Of a DNA stretch of 64,000 bases, positions 53,600 through 64,000 are shown one piece after another. Made by a program: the position numbers and the translations under genes. The number at the start of each line of letters is the position of its first letter. Within the stretch, counting starts at the first letter, position 1. The notes beneath the pieces are model-generated. The model was not told where the DNA came from. It saw nothing but the letters and a program-made list of their open reading frames with translations, and made no database searches. This DNA comes from Felis catus (taxonomy: Eukaryota), in contig NC_058368.1 in assembly GCF_018350175.1 (NCBI RefSeq), forward strand, positions 49,787,815 to 49,851,814, written 5' to 3'.

Positions 53600-55450
53600 C
53601 TATTGCATATTTTAACAGCTTTATGACTATATAACCTACTAGATTCACCTTTTTAAAGGTGTACATTGACTAGTTTTTAGTATATTTCAAAAATTGTGCA
53701 ACCATCACCACTACCCAATTTTAGAACATTTCCAAAACCCCACAATGAAACCTTGCACCTGTTACCAGTCATACCCCCACACCGGCAACCTTCCCTCCAG
53801 CTCCTCCAGTTCTAGGAACCACTTAATCTATTGTCTCTCCATACTTTTGACTATTTGGAACACGTTTATACAAATGGTGTTCTTTCGTGATCTTTTGTGA
53901 CCGGCTTCTTTCACTTTGCACTTTTTGAGATTCATCTATGTCATAGCACTCATTAGTAATTCATAAATTTCATTCCTTTTTATTGCCAAATAGATTCCAC
54001 TGCATGGATAGACCACTTTTTTAACTGTTCATCACTTAATGGATGTTGTTGTCTACTTCTTTGGCTATTATGAATAATGCTGCTATGCCATTCATGTGCA
54101 AGTTTTGTATATAGCATGTTTTCATTTCTCTTCAGTAGATACCTAAGGGTGGAAATGTTGAGCCACATAGCAACTCTGTTTAATCTTTTGAGGAATTCCC
54201 ACTGTTTTCGATCGTGGCTGCACCATTCTACATTCCTACTGACAGTGTATGAGGGTTCCAATCAGTTCTCTTATTATTTATCAATGCTTGCTATTGTCTA
54301 TCTTTTTTATTATAGTTGTTTCTCTGGTAGGTCTCAGACAGTATCTCGTGGTTTTGATTGGCAGTTCTCTAATGGCAAATGATGTTGAACATTTTTAATG
54401 TGCTTTTTGGCTATTTGCACATCATTTGGGGGAAAATGTCACTCAAATACTTTGTGCATTTTTAATTAGATGATCTGTCTTTATCATCCAATTAAGTTAT
54501 AAGAATTATAACTTATAAGAGTTATAAGAATTCTTTATATACTCCAATTACAAGTCCCTTTAAATATATGACTTACAAATATTTTATTTCCATATGACTT
54601 ACAAATATTTTCTCTCCATCTTTGGGTTATCCTTTCACTTTCCTGATGGTAAAAGTATACAAGGCTTTTAATTCTGATGAAGTCCAACTTACTCAACCTT
54701 CCCCTTTGACTTTTATATTTTGGGGGTCATATCTAAAACCCATTGACTAAGCCATTAAGATTTGCTCCTACGTTTTCTTCTAAGAATTTTATAGTTTTAA
54801 CTCTTACATTTAGGTACATGATTCACTTTAATTCTGGGAGATAGTGTGAAACAGTGCAAATGCATTCTTCTGCATACAGAAGTTTTCCAAACTTCATTTC
54901 TGAACACCACTTATTAGAAAGATAATTACTTCCCCACTGAATTGTCCTGGCATCCTTGTCAAAAAGTCAACTCATCATAAATGTAAGGGTTTGTTTCTTT
55001 ACTCAGAATTCTGTTCCATGAATCTATTTGTCTATCTTTATGTGAGTACCACACTGTCTTGATTACTGCAGCTTTGTAGTAAATCTTAACTGGTAACTGT
55101 GAGTCTTCCAACTTTGTATTTTTCAAGATTTTTTTGAGTATTCTGTCTCTTGCCTTTCCACATGAACTTTAGGATCAGCCCGTCAATGTCTGCAAAAAGG
55201 AAGCTAGGATTCTGACAGGTATTTCACTGAATCTATAGACCAACTTGATCTGTAGATCAACAACATTAATTCTTCTAGCCCATGAACATGAATGGCTTGC
55301 CATTTGTTACAACTTTTTTATTGTTTTTCAGTGGCATTTTGTAGTTTTCAATGCACATATCTCACACTTCTTACATTAAATTTATGCCTAAGTATTTTAT
55401 TCTTCTTGATGCTAATTGTTTCTTTAACATCTTTTTGGCTTATTTATTGC
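53600..55450 (-). mobile_element. Ancient L1M (MB-like) 3' portion, sense to TBC1D4
   Basis: Antisense L1 3'-UTR and ORF2 motifs (ttgtgcaaccatcaccact, ggctgcaccattctacattcc, ttgattactgcagctttgtagtaaatctt). Confidence 0.82.
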
Positions 55451-55492
55451 CAGATGGAAATTTTAGGTCTTAATCATTTCACCCAGAGCAAA

Positions 55493-55495
<3 letters not shown>

Positions 55496-55538
<43 letters not shown>
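55496..55538 (+). repeat. (AC)n microsatellite
   Basis: Direct reading. Confidence 0.93.
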
Positions 55539-55541
<3 letters not shown>

Positions 55542-55617
55542 TACATTAAAATGTCACTTTTTCAGAAAGATCTATAGATCAGTTGTCAGTCTTACCCTCA
55601 AGAAAACTTTCTTCGGG

Positions 55618-55830
55618 GGGGCGCCTGGGTGGCTCCATCAGTTAAGCATCTGACTTTGGCTCAGGTCATGATCTCATGGTTCATGGGTTCAATCCCCACG
55701 TCAGAATCTGTGCTAACACCTCAGAGCCTGGAGCCTGCTTTGGATTATGTCTCCTTCTCTCTCTGCCCCTCCTCCACTCATGTCTGTCTATGACTCTCAT
55801 AAATAAATAAATGTTAAAATTTTTTTTAAA
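55618..55830 (+). mobile_element. Can-SINE
   Basis: Head, body and tail. Confidence 0.9.
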
Positions 55831-56013
55831 AAGAAAATTTTTTGAGAAGTTATACTTTGAATACATAAGTGTGTGTGCATAGAATTATACACATATGTGT
55901 TGTTGTTTTTTTTTTTTTTAAGGCTAGGAATGTACATGCAGAATCTTACCATTGTTCATATTGCAGCGATGACTGGATTGGGGCATTTTTTTCCTCTTTG
56001 CTCAATTTGTTTT

Positions 56014-56215
56014 GTTTTCTTTTAAGTTTATTTATTTTGAGAGTGCACACACAAGCAGGGGAGGGGCAGAGAGAAGGGGAGACAGAATCCCAATCAGGTG
56101 TCATGCAATCAGTGCAGAGCCGGATGCGGGGCTGGAACTCATGAACTGTGAGATCATGATCTGAGCTGAGATCAAGAGTTGGACCCTTAACCAACTGAGC
56201 CACCCAGGCATCCCA
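56014..56215 (-). mobile_element. Can-SINE (older subfamily)
   Basis: TSD ctcaatttgtttt (56001-56013 / 56216-56228). Confidence 0.9.
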
Positions 56216-58657
56216 CTCAATTTGTTTTTTTAATGTTTTCTGTAATAAACATGTACGGTTTTTATCTAACTCTAAATTTGTTATTCATGTTTAAAGAGTG
56301 TGTTTTCATTTCTGTCCAGGAAGTTCATCAACTGCCTCATTTTAAGACTAAGGACATGATGTCTGGGTTCACAGTTATGGTGTTATTCCAAGTTAGTAGT
56401 CTTAGCAAATTTTGATTCTTTTCTAGTGTGTATTTATTCAAAAATACTCAGTAAGTGTTCTTTTTCCTTCAAATATTGTGGTTGATAGATCATTTAAAGT
56501 ATTTGGGCCCCTCTTGAATTTTCACTAGTTTAGTTCACTCCAGTTTGAAGTGTGCGGTTCGATTCAGAGTCATCTGTGGAGAAGTTTCACAGTAAAACAA
56601 ACAGAATCCTACATATAATTTCAAGGAGCAAAACCACAAATCTCTTTAATAAATTTCTGTGACCTACAAAGACCTTCAAAGAGATCATGAATGTTCTCTG
56701 ACTCCCCAGCTTCCCTTTAGACATTTATGTAATCTCAGTTAATAAATTTTGCAAACACTTTTCTAGAGAGCTATAAAAGTTCCTTCTAATCTTAGGATGT
56801 TAAATACTAGTGTTGATTTATACTTGTCCTGCTGTATCACCTTTGGAGGAAATGAATCTAATGGAAAACTTAAATGTTCTGACCCACCTCACAGAAGTTA
56901 TAAAGAATTTACTCAGCTTCGGGATTTTTCAATTTCTTCACCAAATCCAAGCTTATCCATGTTTATCCATGCTTATCCTTGTTGTTCTGTCGTGACTTGC
57001 CACAGACCTCAAACCCAGTTGCCTACTTTGTACAAAGGAAGCAACAACCCACTCCGAGTACGGCTGTGAGGTTTAAGTACACTAATATACATAAAGTTCC
57101 TAACACAGTGCATGTTCATGACAATCACCCAGTAAATGGCAGCTTCAATTAGTGATATTTAACATACGGTAAAGCTTTCTATATTATGCCTATCTTTCCG
57201 TTTCATACCTAAACCACATACACCATGATGCAATAGTAATCCAGGTGTGGACACGCTTCAGTATTATACAGAAGACAAGACCACGTGTCTTGTGTCTCCT
57301 TCTCCTCAGCTGATCCTTAAATATTGCAACCCATAACCCTCGTGAATTATGCCCCAAATAAAGTAAGAGCCAATGAAGACTAGAGGGTAAAACTATAAAT
57401 AAACTCCACACACGCTGTATTTGCTTAAGAAGATGGGTAATGGCACACTGCACAAAGAAAGAAACGCCACTACATGATGCACAGATCTATATTTAGTTAC
57501 CAAAAATTAAACACACGCTTGTTTGTTTTTCAGAAAGGCCACACAGAAATTCAAAGTGAAGATAACTGCCTTAGAAATACTGAAAGGAGAAAATTCACAG
57601 TCCTACATTCTAAGCATAGATAGAAAATATTTTAACCAGTTTCAAATGCCAGACACTTCACACCAGACCATGAATCCAAGCAAAAGCTGTATCAAGCCAT
57701 AGAGATAAAGAAGCCCAAAGCACCCTAACACTGTGCCACATATTTTACAACAAATGATTTAACTTCTCTACTCCACAACTGTTCTTTGCTTTACTGAGCC
57801 TAAAAGGCAAGCAGATGGCAAATACGACAATTCAAATTCTAATGTAGATAGTTAGAATGAAATGAATTACACAACACCATTCTTTCCACCTGTACAATGT
57901 AACTAATTACTACTTAGTATGAAATAGGAAGTCTTATGTAAAACCCAATTATCAATATTATAGTTGATTCAATTATATATCCATATAAAATGCTATACCA
58001 TAAAAGGCCTCTGCCCCATGGAGAGGCCTCAAACCCACAAACATTTGGGGGACAGGATGTTTTCCAAAATGCTTCAGAGGCAGGGACCACTTGGCCAGCA
58101 TTTCAAAAAAACAATAGTGAAATTGTATAAAGCCGCAATAACCGCCCCTACTTATTGAGCGAAGTGACCACAGGATGCTTATAGCTTCTTCTAAGACCCT
58201 TGGGGCTGAAAAAGCATCGCTTCTAGTGGCAATAATAAGTTTACTTAATCCTATAAATTTTCAGAAGTCCCAAGATGAATCAATCAGCTTGCCTGGGGAT
58301 ATTCTGTTTTTTATATGAGAGACAGAGGATTCTAGGCCTAGGCTAATAGGACAATCCCAACTGAGTTCTGGATAATGCCACAAAAACATGTGACTTTATT
58401 AAACAAAGACTAGCAGAAAGAACAAATAAAAGGCACATAAATCTTCTGTATACAGAAATCCAGGGGCATGGCAGAAGAAGAGTTCTCAACAAAGTGAACT
58501 AAAAGGCAAATTGCCTACAAACAGAGAGGTCCAGACCACAATCTAGAAGCACAAGGAGCTATCCACTGAAAGTTTTTTAGTATGTTGAAATGATGGAAGT
58601 AGCTTAGGAACATTAATGTGGCCACAAGCTGGATCAACTAAACTGTATATGTGTATA

Positions 58658-58659
<2 letters not shown>

Positions 58660-58690
<31 letters not shown>

Positions 58691-58778
58691 ACATGTGCAG
58701 GAGGATATAGGGGGGCACTGGTGTATGAGTGTGGTCTGTTGGGTGTGGAAGTGTGCTGTGTGTGTGTTTGTGTGTGTG
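58660..58778 (+). repeat. (TG)n microsatellite and TG-rich tract
   Basis: Direct reading. Confidence 0.85.
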
Positions 58779-59267
58779 CTGGGGAAGAGAAAATAGAAAT
58801 GAGACCAGTTAGGATGCTATGTCCCTAATCCATATATGAAGGGATCCAGCTTTGAACTAAGAACTCACAAGTGGAAGGGAATAAATGCATACAAAGGCCA
58901 TGCAAGGTCAACAACATGAAGACTGTAGGAACACCTGAGTGGAAAGAAAAAACATCAAAGGCAAAGTATCAGACTTGAGGGAGGTCACTGAATTATTACC
59001 ATAAATTGAAAGGGGGATGTCCAGAGAAATCATCATGACTTTAAAAGATGAACTGGTTTTAGACATACTGAGTTTGGAGTCACAAAAGACATCCAATCAC
59101 CAGCACTGGAGGCAGGTGTGATGAAAAGAGTCCCAATAACTACAGTGCTGCTGAGAATGGACGACACTTAAAAAAGTATCCAATAGATGACATTTCCATT
59201 ACAGGTGACTAAGTTATCTGCAAAAACAGCCATCAAGCCATCTGTGCACGGGCGTACCATTTGAGAG

Positions 59268-59801
59268 CAGATGACCCTTGAACAACATGGGTTTGAACTG
59301 TGTGGATTTACCTTTACACAGATTCTTTACAGTGCAGTTCTCTGCAAACATATTTTCTCTTCCTTATGGTTTCATTTCTTTTTTATTTTTTTAATGTTCT
59401 TTTATTTTTGAGAGAGACAGACCATGAGCGGGGGAGGAGCGGAAAGAGAGGGAGACACAGAATCCAAAGCAGGCTCCAGGCTCTGAGCTGTCAGCACAGA
59501 GCCCAATACGGGGCTCAAACCCACTAACTGCGAGATCATAACCTGAGCTGAAGTCAGATCCTTAACCGACTGAGCCACCCAGGCACCCCTATGGTTTTCT
59601 TAATACCATTTTCTTCTCTCTAGCGTACTTTATTGAAGGAATACTGTATATAGTACATATAATATACAAAATATGTGTTAATTGACTGTGTTATTGGCGA
59701 GGATTCGTAGTTACGTTTGAGGGGAGTCAAAAATCATATGTGGATTTTTAACTGCGTGGGGGTCAGTGCTCTTAACTCCCACATTGTGCAATGACCAACT
59801 G
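59268..59801. mobile_element. Tigger2-like non-autonomous Tc1/mariner DNA transposon, interrupted by a SINE
   Basis: Left TIR cagatgacccttgaacaac, degenerate right TIR attgtgcaatgaccaactg followed by TA. Confidence 0.78.
59375..59589 (-). mobile_element. Can-SINE
   Basis: TSD tatggttt. Confidence 0.9.
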
Positions 59802-60542
59802 TACTTCAAACCTCATCATTATTTACTTGAATGCTTTAAACTGCTTGTAAATACATAAACATGAAATAAGAGATTACCAAATGTGGTTCTGGCAAATCGT
59901 GATAAAGTGTGTATCACATTATTAACACAAAATCTATTCTGTTGCTTGAATTTATTTAGAGCTTCTGGCTTTTCAAGTATTTTTGTTATGTTAACTGATT
60001 TTTTCCTCTGCAATTATTCTGTGAGGAAGACCGCATACTTTGTTTGGATCAAGGATGTAAAAGGTGGGCTATCCAGGAAAGAAAATTTCTTAGATTAAAG
60101 AATTTTACTTGGTCAACTCGTAACACTGTATGGTTTTATACAAAACGACCTGAACCAAAACTAATCTTAACTTTTAATCCCTTATTTCTGGCAACAACAT
60201 GGAGTACTCCATCATGGAACAGAAAAGATGACAGCTCACATAAATATCAAGTTCCTCCTAAACCATGTTAAAGAAAAGCATCAGTACTTTATGACATTCA
60301 AAAGTCAAAGGGCTTAGTGCTATGGCTCACTAGGAATTCTGCCATATGCTTTGATTTATAACTGAAATTGAGAAGCAAAACACTTGTAGAATGCAAATTC
60401 TTGAAGAAGCTTCACAAATACTACAAAACCTTGATCCAGAAATCAAAACGGCTATTCTTTGAAATAAATACTGTGGCATGGTTTTCTTCATTACCTCATA
60501 CTGCAGGAAGTAGACTTTCTACAGATTAAAAAGTAATCACTG

Positions 60543-60686
60543 GTACATTGGCAGTGACAAATACACCACCAGCTAAAGTAAAATGTTAACAATAGGGGTA
60601 GCTGTGCATGAAGCCATGTAGGAACTCTGTGCTTTCTCTGTCACTTTTCTGTAAATCTAAAACTAAAATTAAAAGTTTCTTTAAAA
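60543..60686 (+). mobile_element. Short L1MC-like 3' end
   Basis: ggaactctgtgc...cttttctgtaaatctaaaact + polyA; TSD aaaaagtaatcactg (60528-60542 / 60687-60701). Confidence 0.75.
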
Positions 60687-62012
60687 AAAAAGTAATCACT
60701 GTATTTTTTTCTTACTTTTTAATTAAAGATCACATTTTGCTTAATCTCATCACAAAATATTTATTCAATACATATGTATTAAATGAATGGGTGCCCAGCT
60801 CTGGTTGATTTCCGGAGATGACTAAGACATGACTTCTCCCAACTTGCCAAGCTCCCACATACAGGAGTTCAAAGTCTAGGAAAGAAGAAATAAGAGCCAG
60901 GACACTGAAAGAGCAATACACAAAGACCATAAAGCAACTTTCTCCCCTTCTCCAGCACCCCTATAAACCTATTTCACCAGGCTAAATCTTCCTTGGGCCC
61001 TGGATTAAATCTGATGGGCCCCACAGCTGTGTGCCAGGTGGGGCTAAAATAACTGAGACCCTAAAATAGTCTCAGTTCAGGAAGTAAATACTCAGTTGAT
61101 GCAAAAACAAACTCTGGACTTCATTTAAAAGTAGAGCATCACCCTCCCCTGCCTCATGTCTCATGCTTCTCACTTGGCCAGCAGATCTTCCCAGCTCCCT
61201 TTGGCTGAGGAGCAGTTGATTGCGACCCCCATGGGAAGGTAAATTTATAGTTGGCATGCAATATCTGTATTGGTTTGCTATGCAGATGCTCAAAGCTGCC
61301 TGCTCCACCCATGCGCAGACCCCCTGCCCCATCCTTGACAAGCATGAATGCACCTTCTTCCAATGGTCACCTATAAACTCCCCTGCCCACCAATGGTGGG
61401 GAAAGAGTTACTTCCCACCCACTGTCCTCCACGCTCTGCCACTGGCTGCATCTTCCAGCTGCTTCCCCTTTAGATTTCTCTGGCATGACTGACACACAGT
61501 CCCCTCTGCTTCCCAAGGTCCAGGCCACACATATCAGGCTCTCCTTGCCACCCTCACCCTGTTGCTGAGGTGGAGCTCAGAACACACTAGCCACATCACC
61601 CCTCTAATTTCCAAATCTTCTACCAGCCAACTTCCAAATCTTCATTTATAGGCTGAAGGTGGGTGTTGAGCTAGGATCCCCATACCTGTGTTGCACAGCA
61701 AGCCCTGCTTCAAAGGTGCAGTTTTGAACCATGAGAGTAATGGGCACATAGGACCTCAGCTCAAACTGAGTCCCCTTTTATCATCCTGATGAAACTAGGA
61801 TACTAGGAGAGAAAACAAGAGCCATAAAAACAAAAACACGGTATGGTTTCAGAATAGGACGCTGCTTCTAGCTTAGGGAATTAAGAAAGGCTTGATCAAA
61901 GGCCTAGCCTTGATCAAAGGCCTAGACCTTAAACTCATGCAGAACAGGAGTAGGTGTAGATGAGTCAGAGGAGAGGGTACATCCAATGAAAGATATGGCC
62001 TCCTTCAGTGCT

Positions 62013-62014
<2 letters not shown>

Positions 62015-62057
<43 letters not shown>
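62015..62057 (+). repeat. (TG)n microsatellite
   Basis: Direct reading. Confidence 0.95.
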
Positions 62058-62059
<2 letters not shown>

Positions 62060-62292
62060 CATAAGGTAAGAATTATTATATGGAAACATATTTTAATTGG
62101 TGCTATTTATTCTTATTCCAGTGATTCATGTGTTACTAGTCCTTACAAATAAATACCCCAGAAGGCTGCTTGGTTTGTTTAAGGCTGCTTGTTAGTTCCA
62201 ACTCTGATTGACAGATAAGCTCAGAAATCAGATCTAGGTTCAAATCTTGCCAATTGCTAGTTATGTGACCTTGAATAAGTTACATAACCTCT

Positions 62293-63287
62293 CAGCAAAG
62301 GAAACAACCAACAAAACTAAAAGGCAACCAACGGAATGGGAAAAGATATTTGCAAATGACATATCGGACAAAGGGCTAGTATCCAAAATCTATAAAGAGC
62401 TCACCAAACTCCACACCCGAAAAACAAATAACCCAGTGAAGAAATGGGCAGAAAACATGAATAGACACTTCTCTAAAGAAGACATCCGGATGGCCAACAG
62501 GCACATGAAAAGATGTTCAGCGTCACTCCTTATCAGGGAAATACAAATCAAAACCACACTCAGGTATCACCTCACACCAGTCAGAGTGGCCAAAATGAAC
62601 AAATCAGGAGACTATAGATGCTGGAGAGGATGTGGAGAAACGGGAACCCTCTTGCACTGTTGGTGGGAATGCAAATTGGTGCAGCCGCTCTGGAAAGCAG
62701 TGTGGAGGTTCCTCAGAAAATTAAAAATAGACCTACCCTATGACCCAGCAATAGCACTGCTAGGAATTTATCCAAGGGATACAGGAGTACTGATGCATAG
62801 GGCCACTTGTACCCCAATGTTCATAGCAGCACTCTCAACAATAGCCAAATTATGGAAAGAGCCTAAATGTCCATCAACTGAGGAATGGATAAAGAAATTG
62901 TGGTTTATATACACAATGGAATATTACGTGGCAATGAGAAAAAATGAAATATGGCCTTTTGTAGCAACGTGGATGGAACTGGAGAGTGTGATGCTAAGTG
63001 AAATAAGCCATACAGAGAAAGACAGATACCATATGGTTTCACTCTTATGTGGATCCTGAGAAACTTAACAGGAACCCATGGGGGAGGGGAAGGAAAAAAA
63101 AAAAAAGAGGTTAGAGTGGGAGAGAGCCAAAGCATAAGAGACTGTTAAAAACTGAGAACAAACTGAGGGTTGATGGGGGGTGGGAGGGAGGAGAGGGTGG
63201 GTGATGGGTATTGAAGAGGGCACCTTTTGGGATGAGCACTGGGTGTTGTATGGAAACCAATTTGACAATAAATTTCATAAAAAAAAA
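62293..63287 (+). mobile_element. Young 5'-truncated felid L1 inserted in a MIR
   Basis: Uninterrupted ORF2 C-terminus ([17 protein letters not shown]...[11 protein letters not shown]...[10 protein letters not shown]); 16-bp TSD aagttacataacctct (62277-62292 / 63288-63303); MIR core continues across the insertion. Confidence 0.96.
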
Positions 63288-64000
63288 AAGTTACATAACC
63301 TCTTCCACATCTGTCAATGTAATAATAATACTAACGACACCATAGGGCAGTGGCCAAAATTAAATGGGCGTATGTATAAATCACAGTATATGGGATATGA
63401 AAAACTGCCTTGATATATTGACTACTGTATTTTTGTTATTGTTATTATCACCGTCATTACCGTTAAAGATACTAAAATTACATATTCCTTCCAGAATGAC
63501 AAATTGTTAGACCTGGTGAGGACTAACTTGAAAATCATCTAGTAGCATTCATTTGAATTTAATTAATTAATCTAATTTCCAAATTTAAAGTTCAATCAAT
63601 GTTTTAGTGCTCGCTTTCTGTCACTGTCAATACTGAGCCCAGGATATAATGTTGAAGATGCCATAATATTTATCCTTATAGTCTATTGGGAAATCAAAAT
63701 CTGAGAAAAATTGCAATAAAATTGTGAAAAGACCAGTCTCAATGAGAATCTGGTTGGAGGGGCCATTCCTTCTCAGGACAGAAAGGTGACCGATCTGGGG
63801 AACAAGTGGCATCTGAACTGTGTCCTAAAGGCTAAGTAGGAATCTACCAGATGAACAAGGGGAGAACTGAATCTCTAGCAAAAGAAAACTCAGAAGCAAT
63901 CAAAGACATACATTTAGGATTTAGGCCGAAATTCTTGTTAATGAATCCAAGAAGTGACCTCTTAAATGTTTCAAAGAGATCTGTATTTTTTAAACAGAAT

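Noticed and set aside
53105..53666. 162-aa ORF, possibly an old L1 5' region
   Set aside because: No recognisable domain; resemblance to an L1 5' end is too weak to call
647..59527. Recurrent MAQSVKRPTSAQVMIS... ORFs resembling a gene family, and tRNA-like A/B boxes
   Set aside because: Translations and promoter boxes of Can-SINEs, not genes or tRNAs
62247..62292. Novel fusion ORF of MIR sequence and L1 ORF2 (270 aa)
   Set aside because: Starts at a TTG in the flanking MIR; a chance in-frame junction with no promoter or splice evidence
1..64000. CRISPR array, operon or other prokaryote-type system
   Set aside because: The sequence is mammalian intron; repeats are dispersed retroelements, not regularly spaced arrays

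Overview
Mammalian (felid, judged from the SINEC_Fc-type SINEs and carnivore L1s) genomic DNA. The only host coding sequence is one 579-bp internal exon of TBC1D4/AS160 on the minus strand (3070->2492, most likely exon 2). It carries the Akt-type motifs RSRCSS and RRRHAS and lies in a CpG island. The roughly 61 kb to its right is upstream intron (probably the very long intron 1). That intron holds about 35 tRNA-derived Can-SINEs (23 on +, 12 on -), a full-length but dead 7.6-kb L1 with TSDs and two nested insertions, a young 5'-truncated L1, ancient L1M/L2/MIR pieces, a two-LTR MaLR element, hAT and Tigger DNA transposon remnants, and microsatellites. I see no new gene system. The most unusual structure is a head-to-head SINE pair at 13.7-14.2 kb, joined by a perfect 38-bp-arm palindrome that contains an extra, inverted copy of the target site, suggesting a template switch during retrotransposition. 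Repeat subfamily names are from recall and are tentative; boundaries without TSDs are approximate.
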